Origin: a bacterium | Lineage (GTDB): Bacteria > Acidobacteriota > HRBIN11 > JAKEFK01 | Length of the DNA: 64,000 nt | Assembly (NCBI GenBank): GCA_022616075.1 | Contig: JAKEFK010000048.1 | Location: 2,371 to 66,370 of the forward strand | Direction of reading: 5' to 3' | Shown: piece by piece, positions 37,846 through 46,918 of the stretch | How positions within the stretch are numbered: position 1 is the stretch's first letter | How the letters are laid out: every line of letters begins with the position of its first letter | Program-made: the position numbers and the translations under genes | The notes under the pieces: model-generated | Told to the model about the DNA's origin: nothing | The model's database searches: none | What the model saw: the letters and a program-made list of their open reading frames with translations, nothing else

Positions 37846-38754
37846 TTAAACAGTGAACCTAACGTATGAGTGCAAGGGGGCCAGGTTTGCGAAGTATTCA
37901 GGGTGAAAAATTTCTGCGAGCATTTCCAGCCCGTCTACCAGACGCGGACCCGACCGGCTGAAATACGAGTTCGCGTCTACTACAAAGATGGCCTGATTCT
38001 GATATGCCCGCAAGTTCTCCCAGGGATAACTTCGCCTGACGCGAAAAAACTCTTCGCGCGCCCTGCCTAAATTATAACCGCACGGCATGAGGATGATAAT
38101 ATCAGGATTCTTTGATTGCAATTCCTCCCAGGACAGGCCGCGAGAAGGCTTTCCCCCTTCTGCCAGAACCTCCTCGGCGCCCGCAAGCTGCACCATTCCA
38201 GGAATCCAGTGTCCAGTGCGCCACAGCGGCTCGAGCCATTCCAGACAACCCACAGTTGGTTTCTCACACAAAGTAGCTGCGGGAGCAATTCTCCTGACCC
38301 TTGCGTGAAGCTTTTGGATTACACCATCAGCATCCATTCCGGCTGATCTGGCAACTGTATCCATGTCGGCAAAGACATCCTCCAACAATTTCGGGCTCAG
38401 GCTGACGATTTCCGGCTTCTTTCCCAACAAATCCACGGCGCGCTGAACTTCTCCAGGAGTGATCGCACACACATGACAAAGATCCTGTGTGACGATCAGA
38501 TCCGGGTCAGCCTCACTCAAAAGTTGATCATTGATTCGATACAAACTCTCCCCCGCTGTTGCAAGACGCTTCACTTCCGTGTCTATTTCTTCTTGCGTCA
38601 TCTTCTCCGAATCGAAAACGCACTGAGTCAGTACCGGCAAGGAGCGCGCTTCGGAGGGGTAATCGCATTCGTGAGTTACTCCCACAACCTTGTCGCCCAA
38701 GCCCAGCGCAAAGAGTATCTCTGTTGCAGATGGTAATAAACTAACGATTCTCAT
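37846..38754 (-). CDS. periplasmic-binding-protein-fold (cobalamin/siderophore-binding, TroA-like) protein with no signal peptide
   Basis: MRIVSLLPSATEILFALGLGDKVVGVT is the canonical N-terminus of BtuF/FhuD-type class III SBPs, but no leader is present. Confidence 0.7.
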   Translation of the reverse strand: MRIVSLLPSATEILFALGLGDKVVGVTHECDYPSEARSLPVLTQCVFDSEKMTQEEIDTEVKRLATAGESLYRINDQLLSEADPDLIVTQDLCHVCAITPGEVQRAVDLLGKKPEIVSLSPKLLEDVFADMDTVARSAGMDADGVIQKLHARVRRIAPAATLCEKPTVGCLEWLEPLWRTGHWIPGMVQLAGAEEVLAEGGKPSRGLSWEELQSKNPDIIILMPCGYNLGRAREEFFRVRRSYPWENLRAYQNQAIFVVDANSYFSRSGPRLVDGLEMLAEIFHPEYFANLAPLHSYVRFTV

Positions 38755-38818
38755 ATTCTAGAATGTGTTAAAACACTTCCTTGAAAGGACGCAATATATT
38801 ATCATTTGACGCTTCTTC

Positions 38819-40624
38819 ATGAAAAATCAAAGAATACGAAACTTTAGTATTATTGCGCACATTGATCATGGCAAGTCGACTCTTGCGGATCGGTTGCTGG
38901 AGCTGACCGGAGCTTTGTCCGCTCGAGAAATGTCGGAACAGGTCCTGGACACAAATACCATCGAGCGAGAGCGTGGCATAACGATCAAAGCTCACGCGGT
39001 TCGCCTGGAATACAAAGCCAAAGATGGCGAGACATACATCCTGAACTTGATTGACACACCCGGACATGTCGATTTTTCCTACGAAGTTTCCCGGTCCCTT
39101 GCTGCATGCGAAGGCGTTCTGCTTGTGGTGGATGCAGCACAAGGTGTAGAAGCTCAAACGCTCGCAAATGCGTATCTTGCCCTCGAAAACAACCTGATCA
39201 TTCTACCGGTGATCAACAAGATCGATCTACCGAGCGCAGACATCGAACGGACAAAAGAACAGCTTCAAAACATCATCGGTTTTACGGATGAAAAGATGTA
39301 CTACGTGAGCGCAAAAACCGGTATCGGTGTGCCGGAGCTGCTGGAAGGATTGATTCATACGATTCCTCCACCCAAGGGAGATCCTGAAGATGCATTGAAG
39401 GCGCTGATTTTCGACTCATGGTACGACTCTTACCGCGGTGTGGTTGTGCTCGTTCGTGTTTTTGAAGGAACGTTGCGTGTACGGGACCGCATCAAATTCA
39501 TGTCAAACAATCAAAGCTACGAAGTGACAGACCTCGGAGTCTTTACGCCGAAAATGAAATCGGTGGATGAGCTGGCCGCCGGAGAAGTCGGTTGTATCAT
39601 CGCCGCAATCAAAAGGATCGAGGATACAAAGATAGGCGACACTGTCACATTGGAAAAACGACCCACTGATGCGCCTTTGCCGGGATTTCGAGAAATCAAA
39701 CCGATGGTTTTTGCTGGCCTGTATCCCACAGAAAGCACGGAATACGAATCGCTCAGAGATGCTTTGGAAAAGCTCCGATTAAACGATTCATCCTTTTTCT
39801 TCGAGCCGGAGAATTCAATGGCGCTCGGATTTGGTTTCCGCTGCGGTTTTCTCGGATTGCTTCACATGGAAATCATTCAGCAAAGGTTGGAAAATGAATT
39901 CAACATTTCTCTGATTACAACCGCTCCGAATGTCCGCTACCGAATGATTTTAACCAGCGGCACCGTCCTGGAAATCGAAAATCCATCGAAAATGCCGGCA
40001 AGCCAGCTGATCACACAGATGGAAGAACCGATGATCGAAGCATTGATCATGACAAAAGACGAATTTGTTGGTCCGATTCTGAAGATCTGCGAGGCCCGGC
40101 GTGGCGTGCAAAAAGGGATGGAATATCTTTCCACAGATCGCGTGCTGATCAAGTACGATCTTCCGTTGAACGAGATCGTGATCGATTTTTACGACGCCTT
40201 GAAATCCGTGTCCAGAGGTTATGCTTCCTTCGACTACAACTTCATCGGCTATCAGCCCTCCGAACTCGTGAAGCTCGATCTCCTCGTAAATGGCGAGCCT
40301 GTGGACGCCCTTTCGTTGATCCTCCATAAGGAAAAAGCTTATTATAGAGGGCGTGCTCTTGCCGCAAAAATGAAGTCGCTGATTCCCCGTCAGCTCTTCG
40401 AAGTCGTGATTCAAGCAGCCATCGGACATAAAATCATAGCTCGTGAAACCGTTTCTGCAATGCGCAAGAACGTGATTGCCAAATGCTATGGCGGGGACAT
40501 CACGCGAAAGCGAAAACTACTGGAGAAACAAAAAGAAGGCAAGAAGAGAATGAAGCGTGTGGGAAAAGTCGATATCCCGCAAGAAGCCTTTCTCGCAATC
40601 CTGAAGGAGGATCAAAAGCAATAA
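38819..40624 (+). CDS. lepA: elongation factor 4
   Basis: [21 protein letters not shown]1 motif, DTPGH, NKID, and the LepA-specific C-terminal domain. Confidence 0.97.
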   Translation: MKNQRIRNFSIIAHIDHGKSTLADRLLELTGALSAREMSEQVLDTNTIERERGITIKAHAVRLEYKAKDGETYILNLIDTPGHVDFSYEVSRSLAACEGVLLVVDAAQGVEAQTLANAYLALENNLIILPVINKIDLPSADIERTKEQLQNIIGFTDEKMYYVSAKTGIGVPELLEGLIHTIPPPKGDPEDALKALIFDSWYDSYRGVVVLVRVFEGTLRVRDRIKFMSNNQSYEVTDLGVFTPKMKSVDELAAGEVGCIIAAIKRIEDTKIGDTVTLEKRPTDAPLPGFREIKPMVFAGLYPTESTEYESLRDALEKLRLNDSSFFFEPENSMALGFGFRCGFLGLLHMEIIQQRLENEFNISLITTAPNVRYRMILTSGTVLEIENPSKMPASQLITQMEEPMIEALIMTKDEFVGPILKICEARRGVQKGMEYLSTDRVLIKYDLPLNEIVIDFYDALKSVSRGYASFDYNFIGYQPSELVKLDLLVNGEPVDALSLILHKEKAYYRGRALAAKMKSLIPRQLFEVVIQAAIGHKIIARETVSAMRKNVIAKCYGGDITRKRKLLEKQKEGKKRMKRVGKVDIPQEAFLAILKEDQKQ

Positions 40625-41310
40625 TGGAAACTGTCGAATTCAAAAAATCAGTCGCTCGTGAGTATTTTGAAGCGATTGTACTCGCCGTTGTCCTTGCATT
40701 ATTTTTTCGGACCTTTGTTGTAGAAGCGTTTAAGATACCCAGCAGCTCCATGGAAGACAATCTGTTGATTGGCGATCACATACTAGTGAACAAGTTTGCT
40801 TACGCGCCAACGATGTTTAATTGGGAGAAAAAGATTTTGCCGATCAGGAACGTGAGCCGGACTGATGTAATTGTTTTCAAATATCCGGAAGACCCTGGCC
40901 GGAATTTCATTAAGAGAGTTATCGCTGTTGAGAACGAAGAAATCGAAATTCGGAACCGCCAGGTCCTTATTAACAGTAAACCGATTGAAGAACCGTACAA
41001 AGTGCATAAATCCGATTTACAGCCGGATCTTGTAGGAATTGTCAGTGATGATTTTGGACCCAAAAAGGTCGGAAAAGGTCTTTATTTTGCCATGGGAGAT
41101 AACCGCGACAACAGCAAAGATAGTCGCGCGTGGGGACTTGTGCCGAAGGATTTTATAAAAGGGAGAGCTTTCATTGTTTACTGGTCATTTGACGGACCGC
41201 AAAACATTGGACCATCCACCATGGGAGAAAATCTGCGGCACATTGCGCATATCGTTGTGAATTTTATTCCAGACACGCGGTGGGAACGCTTCTTCAAAAT
41301 CATCCGGTGA
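40624..41310 (+). CDS. lepB: signal peptidase I
   Basis: TM, then the SSM catalytic Ser motif (IPSSSMEDNL), K box (RVIAVENEE) and GDNRDNSKDSR box. ATG overlaps the lepA stop (TAATG). Confidence 0.9.
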   Translation: METVEFKKSVAREYFEAIVLAVVLALFFRTFVVEAFKIPSSSMEDNLLIGDHILVNKFAYAPTMFNWEKKILPIRNVSRTDVIVFKYPEDPGRNFIKRVIAVENEEIEIRNRQVLINSKPIEEPYKVHKSDLQPDLVGIVSDDFGPKKVGKGLYFAMGDNRDNSKDSRAWGLVPKDFIKGRAFIVYWSFDGPQNIGPSTMGENLRHIAHIVVNFIPDTRWERFFKIIR

Positions 41311-42248
41311 TGAACTTTGTACCGCCGGCTTCCAGCCGGCAGTCTGTAGCGCCGGCGGCTCGCCGGCGAAACATATCTGCACTCAGAGCATCGTTAACTG
41401 TATTCATCCTTCTAATCCCCCTCCTGTCCTTCTCCTCCTCACCCACCGTCGTCTTCATGAGCGACTTCGGCACCATCGATGACTCCGTCGCTATTTGCAA
41501 AGGTGTAATGCTTGGAATCGAACCGGATCTTCGCATCATCGATATCACCCATGAAGTTCAGCCCTTTTCCATCATGGATGCAGCGCGTTTCCTTGCAGGT
41601 ACAGCACCTCACTTTCCTTCGGGCACGGTATTTGTTGTGGTAGTAGATCCGGGAGTAGGAAGCGTACGAAAACCGATCGTGGTCAAATCGCGAAAAAACC
41701 AGTTTTTCGTGCTCCCTGACAATGGCTTGATCACGCTCGTGGAAGAGGCCGATGGTATCGAGAGTGTGCGGGAAATCACAAACATAAAATGGATGAACGG
41801 GAATGCGCTCTCCTCAACCTTTCATGGCCGGGATATTTTTTCGCCTGTGGCTGCGCATCTGGCAAGCGGCAAAGATTGGATTGAGGTGGGACCCGTAGTC
41901 CCGACTCCGATCCGTCTGGATGTCCACCGATCCAGGATCGATGAAAAAGGACTCACGGGTGAAATTATCGGAACTGACGGTCCTTACGGAAACCTCCTGA
42001 CAAACATCCCGGCAGAAATATTCCAGAAGATGAACATCGCGCTAGGCGATCTCATTCATGCGCGGATCGGAGAACGTGATTTTGAAATTCCGTTCGTCAA
42101 AACATTCAGTGATGTGGCTGTAGGTCAACCTCTTTTCTACATCGATTCGCGCGGGCGTCTCGGAATCGCTATCAATCAAGGCAACTTCGCGGACGCATAT
42201 AAAATACGTCCTCCCGCCCCAATCTTTGTTTATCGCAGAAAGCCGTAA
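41310..42248 (+). CDS. SAM hydroxide adenosyltransferase family protein (DUF62, chlorinase/fluorinase-like) with predicted N-terminal signal sequence
   Basis: FMSDFGTIDDSVAICKGVMLG..D.THE and the C-terminal beta-barrel domain are typical of DUF62. An N-terminal RRR..hydrophobic stretch is present. ATG overlaps the lepB stop (TGATG). Confidence 0.7.
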   Translation: MNFVPPASSRQSVAPAARRRNISALRASLTVFILLIPLLSFSSSPTVVFMSDFGTIDDSVAICKGVMLGIEPDLRIIDITHEVQPFSIMDAARFLAGTAPHFPSGTVFVVVVDPGVGSVRKPIVVKSRKNQFFVLPDNGLITLVEEADGIESVREITNIKWMNGNALSSTFHGRDIFSPVAAHLASGKDWIEVGPVVPTPIRLDVHRSRIDEKGLTGEIIGTDGPYGNLLTNIPAEIFQKMNIALGDLIHARIGERDFEIPFVKTFSDVAVGQPLFYIDSRGRLGIAINQGNFADAYKIRPPAPIFVYRRKP

Positions 42249-42289
42249 TGGACGCACAGTAAGCAAATATTGTAGAATGGGGCGCTTTT

Positions 42290-42343
42290 GTAGCGCGGAC
42301 GTCTCGTCTGCGCGCAGTTCCGCAGGCGGGACGCCCGCGCTAC
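42290..42343. repeat. family-1 palindromic repeat, copy 5
   Basis: gtagcgcggacgtctcgtctgcgcgcagttccgcaggcgggacgcccgcgctac. Confidence 0.8.
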
Positions 42344-42361
42344 TTTGCGAGTTGTTTAGTT

Positions 42362-43333
42362 ATGAAGATTGCTGAAAATTTACTGGACTTGATCGGCAAC
42401 ACGCCGCTCGTTTATTTAAACAAAGTTGTTCCAGCTTCCGGCGCCCGGATCGCGGCAAAACTGGAATTCTTTAACCCGTGCGGTTCTGTCAAAGATCGCA
42501 TAGGACTTCACATGGTTCGGGATGCCGTCCAAAGAGGCGCGCTGAAGCCAGGCGGAACCATCATAGAACCGACTTCAGGTAACACCGGTCTCGGCCTTGC
42601 TATGGTTGCAAATATCCTGGGTTACAAGATGATCGCAGTCATGCCGGACAAAGTTCCTGTGGAGAAGATTCGTTTACTCGAAGCATACGGAGTGGAATGC
42701 GTCATTTGTCCCACCGATGTGGATCCCACAGATCCCAGATCCTATTACGAGACGTCCAATCGATTAAACCGGGAAATCCCAAATTCCTTCTTACCGCAGC
42801 AATATTACAACCCGAAAAATCCGGACGCTCATTATCAAACGACAGGCCCCGAAATCTGGCGCGATACGGATGGAAAACTGGATGCATTCGTCGCCGGTTG
42901 TGGAACCGGTGGAACCATTACAGGAACCGCCAGGTTCTTGAAAGAAAAAAATCCCGGCGTGCGAGTTGTGGGCATCGATACGGTTGGCTCCGTAATTAAA
43001 GGCTACTTCGAAACGGGAAAAATTGAAGGCTATCATCCTTACTTGATTGATGGAATCGGCGAAGATTTTATCCCAGGCGCTTACAATTTCGAATACATTG
43101 ATGAAATCATTCAAGTTCCGGATAAAGAAGCGTATGAAATCACCATGCGTCTGGCGAAAGAGGAAAGCATTTTTGTCGGCTCTTCAGGTGGAGCAGCCGT
43201 TGCGGGAGCAATACATGTTGCTGAAAGGATGAAACCGGAACAGCTTGTTGTGGTGATCCTACCGGATACCGGAACCAGGTATCTTTCCAAACTCAACCAG
43301 GAATGGTTGCGCTCCAAACACCTCGTTGATTAG
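42362..43333 (+). CDS. cysteine synthase / O-acetylserine sulfhydrylase family PLP enzyme
   Basis: LEFFNPCGSVKDRIG PLP-lysine motif, TSGNTG, and GTGGTITG glycine loop. Confidence 0.85.
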   Translation: MKIAENLLDLIGNTPLVYLNKVVPASGARIAAKLEFFNPCGSVKDRIGLHMVRDAVQRGALKPGGTIIEPTSGNTGLGLAMVANILGYKMIAVMPDKVPVEKIRLLEAYGVECVICPTDVDPTDPRSYYETSNRLNREIPNSFLPQQYYNPKNPDAHYQTTGPEIWRDTDGKLDAFVAGCGTGGTITGTARFLKEKNPGVRVVGIDTVGSVIKGYFETGKIEGYHPYLIDGIGEDFIPGAYNFEYIDEIIQVPDKEAYEITMRLAKEESIFVGSSGGAAVAGAIHVAERMKPEQLVVVILPDTGTRYLSKLNQEWLRSKHLVD

Positions 43334-44144
43334 AATTTTTGCCCGTGTTGTTTCGCTAATTGCGCTGTTACTCTGCGTAGCAACCGCTTCTGCCGAACCG
43401 AAGAGGATTGTTTCCATCGCTCCCAGCTTCACTGAGATTCTTTACGCTCTGGGCGCCGGCCCGCAGATCGTCGGCACAACCCTTTATTGCGACTATCCCG
43501 CCGAAGCAACGAAAACCGAAAAAATTGGAGACGTGCTGAATCCCAATGTGGAAAAAATTATTTCTTTGAAACCGGACATAGTATTCGCCGGAAATTGGAA
43601 ATGGAATGTGCCTGAAAAGTTACGAGCCGCAGGCATTCTGGTTGTAGAGGTTCCGGATGCCCAGACTCTTGATGATGTTTTTCAGCGATTCAATCTGATA
43701 GCCGGCAAGATCAACCGGCTCCCTGCTGCCACACAATTGATCGCAACCATGAAACAACAGATGGAAGAAATTCGGAAGCGAGCCGCTGCCAAACCACAGC
43801 GCACTGTATACATGGAGATTGATGCCGGCAATTGGACAGTTGGAGGCCAATCTTACCTCACAGAAATTTTGAAAGTCCTGGGTCTTCGAAACGTCTTTGG
43901 TGAACGGCAGGAACCTTATCTAACCGTTACGATGGAATCGGTCGTTGCCAGAAATCCCGATCTGCTGATGTCTCTCAGCCGCACGCAAGAAGAGTATCAG
44001 AGCCTGGCGGCTTGGCGGGCTTTGCGCGCTGTTCGCGAAGGTAAGATCATTGACAAGAATGCGATTGATTGGAATGCTATCACTCATCAGGGATCCCGTT
44101 TGATCGAAGGGATCCAGCAACTGGATTCACTGCTGAACAAGTAA
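43326..44144 (+). CDS. ABC transporter periplasmic substrate-binding protein, BtuF/FecB class
   Basis: Signal peptide. KRIVSIAPSFTEILYALGAGPQIVG and LKPDIVFA motifs. TTG start overlapping the upstream stop. Confidence 0.8.
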   Translation: MIRIFARVVSLIALLLCVATASAEPKRIVSIAPSFTEILYALGAGPQIVGTTLYCDYPAEATKTEKIGDVLNPNVEKIISLKPDIVFAGNWKWNVPEKLRAAGILVVEVPDAQTLDDVFQRFNLIAGKINRLPAATQLIATMKQQMEEIRKRAAAKPQRTVYMEIDAGNWTVGGQSYLTEILKVLGLRNVFGERQEPYLTVTMESVVARNPDLLMSLSRTQEEYQSLAAWRALRAVREGKIIDKNAIDWNAITHQGSRLIEGIQQLDSLLNK

Positions 44145-44180
44145 ACTATTTTTAACAGAAGAACGCAAAGATCAAGAAAA

Positions 44181-44230
44181 GTAGCGCGGGCGTCCCGCCT
44201 GCGAACGCTACGCAGACGAGACGTCCGCGT
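44181..44230. repeat. family-1 palindromic repeat, copy 6 (inverted, 3' end degenerate)
   Basis: gtagcgcgggcgtcccgcctgcgaacgctacgcagacgagacgtccgcg. Confidence 0.7.
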
Positions 44231-44266
44231 TCCTTCGCGTCCTTCGCGATCTTCTGTTCAAAAAAA

Positions 44267-45019
44267 ATGCGAATCATCAGTTTGGTGCCATCGATAACCG
44301 AAACACTGTTCGAACTGGGTCTGGGTGATCAGATCGTAGCCGTCACCCGGTGGTGCACCAGACCAGCAGAAAAGGTTATCCATAAACCAAAAGTTGGTGG
44401 AACCAAGAATCCAAAACTGCAATCCATACTTGAATTCAAGCCTGATATTGTCATTTTGGATTGCGACGAAAACCGCAAAGAAGATGCCAAGGCGTTGGAG
44501 AAAAACAAGATCCGCACCTTTACAGTCTTTCCAAAAACGATTGACGATTCTATTCACATGATCCGGCAGCTGGGTGAGTTGTTTTCCGTGCAGCCCGCAG
44601 CTGCTGCAATGACTGAGGAGATTCAAAAGCTGCGAGAAGCATACAAGCCCGATCGTATCTATGAAAGCCTGATTCTGATCTGGCGCAAACCATACATGAC
44701 AATCAACGCTGATACTTATGTTCACTCTGCCTGCGAGCTTTTTGGATTTCGCAATGTTTTTGCTTCCCATCAAAAACGATATCCGCCGTTAACGCCGGAA
44801 GAAATCGAGCAGATCGATCCGGAAATGATTCTTTTTCCTGACGAACCTTATCCATTTCGACGCAAACATCTGGATCTCTTCCAACAAGAGTTTCCTGGTA
44901 TAAGAGCCGTGAGCAACGGTCAGATGTTCCTCTTTGACGGCAGCCACGTCGCCTGGCATGGCTTCGGGACATTGCGGGCCTTGCGCGAATTTCCGCTACA
45001 ATTTCTTAACAAAAAATGA
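44267..45019 (+). CDS. second leaderless periplasmic-binding-protein-fold (cobalamin-binding-like) protein
   Basis: MRIISLVPSITETLFELGLGDQIVAVT and LEFKPDIVIL motifs. No signal peptide. Paralogous to 37846-38754. Confidence 0.7.
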   Translation: MRIISLVPSITETLFELGLGDQIVAVTRWCTRPAEKVIHKPKVGGTKNPKLQSILEFKPDIVILDCDENRKEDAKALEKNKIRTFTVFPKTIDDSIHMIRQLGELFSVQPAAAAMTEEIQKLREAYKPDRIYESLILIWRKPYMTINADTYVHSACELFGFRNVFASHQKRYPPLTPEEIEQIDPEMILFPDEPYPFRRKHLDLFQQEFPGIRAVSNGQMFLFDGSHVAWHGFGTLRALREFPLQFLNKK

Positions 45020-45966
45020 GCGGACATTTCGTTCGATGGATGTTTACGTTAGCTCTGTTGCTTGTGATCACATTTGCTGCTTCTCTATGGATTGGTGAAG
45101 TCCGCGAATGGAATCCCGCTGTGGTTTTCAACATCCGTTTGCCGCGCGCGCTGCTTGGACTCGTCGTTGGAATCGCGCTGGCAACTGCCGGTGCAGTTTA
45201 TCAGGGATTGTTGCGAAATCCTCTTGCTGATCCGTACATTCTGGGAACTTCAAGCGCTGGAACTTTCGGAGCTCTGGTTGCAACGATTCTGAATTTTCAT
45301 TTCCAATATACGCTTTATATTTTTTCAATTGGCGCCTGCTTCCTGAGCATGTTGCTTGTGTACCGCATCGCCACAACACACGGACGAACTCCCATCCAAA
45401 CGCTCATACTGGCAGGCGTTGTCTCCAGCACTTTCTTCAGCGCGCTCGTTCTGCTCTTATTCACACTATTCCGGCGCGAATCCTTTTCCGTTCTATTCTT
45501 CATGCTGGGTTCTCTTTCAATCGCGGGCACAGGTTGGTCGATTGTGGTTTCGGGTTCGCTGGTCCTGGTAGGTCTGCTGATCGCGCTTTTTTATGCGCGA
45601 GACCTCGATGCGATGAGCGGTGGAGAAGAAGATGCAATTCATCTCGGCATCAAAGTTGAGACGACCAAGCAAATCCTTTTCTTCTCCTCTTCCCTTCTGG
45701 TAGGCGCAAGTGTTGCCCTGGCAGGCTCCATCGGATTTGTCGGTTTGATCATTCCTCATATTCTTCGTTTGTTGGTCGGACCATCGCACCGCAAATTGAT
45801 TCTCGCAAGCGCCATCGGTGGCGCATTCTTCCTGGTGTTGATGGACATTCTGTCGCGAACGATTTTTTCTCCCGTGGAAATTCCGGTCGGCGTTTTTACT
45901 TCCCTTTGCGGCGCGCCCTTCTTTATCTTTCTCTTAAAAAAGAAACAAAAGGAACTGGTGTATTAA
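45016..45966 (+). CDS. FecCD-family ABC transporter permease (BtuC-like)
   Basis: About 9 TM helices. Conserved LLRNPLADPYILGTSSGA region. Confidence 0.9.
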   Translation: MSGHFVRWMFTLALLLVITFAASLWIGEVREWNPAVVFNIRLPRALLGLVVGIALATAGAVYQGLLRNPLADPYILGTSSAGTFGALVATILNFHFQYTLYIFSIGACFLSMLLVYRIATTHGRTPIQTLILAGVVSSTFFSALVLLLFTLFRRESFSVLFFMLGSLSIAGTGWSIVVSGSLVLVGLLIALFYARDLDAMSGGEEDAIHLGIKVETTKQILFFSSSLLVGASVALAGSIGFVGLIIPHILRLLVGPSHRKLILASAIGGAFFLVLMDILSRTIFSPVEIPVGVFTSLCGAPFFIFLLKKKQKELVY

Positions 45967-46754
45967 TGATTTCTGCTCAGGACGTCGGTTTCGGTTATGA
46001 CGGCTCGTTTCATCTTCAGAATATTTCATTTGAAATGTCGAAAGGCGCCTTCTGGGGTGTCATTGGTCCGAATGGCTCCGGAAAATCCACGCTGTTAAAA
46101 ATCCTGAGCAAAGTGATCCAAGCGCAGCAAGGTACGATCAAAATTGACGGACAGCCCTTGAAAACATTCGCATTAACGGAACTCGCCAGAAGGATGGCTG
46201 TAGTTGGAAGCGAGGCTCAGTTTTCCTATCCATACCACGTTCAAGATGTTGTCCTTATGGGCCGCATACCTTTTGTGGGTAGACTCGGCATTCATTCCCA
46301 ACGGGATCATCAGATCGTTGATTCTGTGTTGCGCAAAACGGAAACGTGGGCCTACCGCAACCGCTACATTCACGAGCTTTCCAGCGGTGAACGCCAACGC
46401 GTACTACTTGCGCGAGCGCTGGCTCAGGAACCACGCGTGCTTTTGCTGGATGAACCCACCGCGCACCTCGATCTCCATTATGAAATCGAAATCTTCCAGA
46501 TCCTAAAAGCATTGAACGCTGAGGAAAGTCTCACCATCCTGACCGTTTCTCATAACCTGAACTTGATGGCCGAGTTCTGCGAAAAACTGATCCTCATGCA
46601 AGGAGGCCTCTGCCACCAGATCGGCACACCTGCTGAAATCCTGACTGCTTCATTGCTTCGTGATGTTTTTCGAATCGATTGCAAGATCGAAAAAAATCCC
46701 TTCTCTCAGGCACCGGCAATTCTTTTGAACACACGCATTGACAACCGCAACTGA
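45966..46754 (+). CDS. ABC transporter ATP-binding protein (BtuD/FecE-like)
   Basis: GPNGSGKSTLLK Walker A, LSSGERQRV signature, LLLDEPTAHLD Walker B. ATG overlaps the permease stop. Confidence 0.9.
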   Translation: MISAQDVGFGYDGSFHLQNISFEMSKGAFWGVIGPNGSGKSTLLKILSKVIQAQQGTIKIDGQPLKTFALTELARRMAVVGSEAQFSYPYHVQDVVLMGRIPFVGRLGIHSQRDHQIVDSVLRKTETWAYRNRYIHELSSGERQRVLLARALAQEPRVLLLDEPTAHLDLHYEIEIFQILKALNAEESLTILTVSHNLNLMAEFCEKLILMQGGLCHQIGTPAEILTASLLRDVFRIDCKIEKNPFSQAPAILLNTRIDNRN

Positions 46755-46873
46755 TAGAACGGTGAATGTCCGGAGTTCGCACACCGTTGTGTGAAATTCG
46801 TACAAGTCCTTCAAAAACTCTCTCACTGATTTCCTCACCTTAGCTCGTCAGAATCGAGGCCTTTTCAGACTGC

Positions 46874-46888
46874 TGGCGAATATCTTGC
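46874..46888 (+). promoter_or_regulatory. sigma-54-like promoter candidate TGGCGAatatcTTGCG
   Basis: GG/GC spacing of 12 nt, about 30 nt upstream of the ATG at 46919. Strong RBS aaggagg at 46906-46912. Confidence 0.35.
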
Positions 46889-46918
46889 GTTAGATCAGCC
46901 CTTAAGAAGGAGGAACCT

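Noticed and set aside
42249-44266. Cobalamin riboswitch upstream of the B12-type transporter genes
   Set aside because: Leader regions are short and occupied by family-1 palindromes. No GCCACTG B12-box was seen in any leader; the only occurrence is inside a CDS at about 51610.
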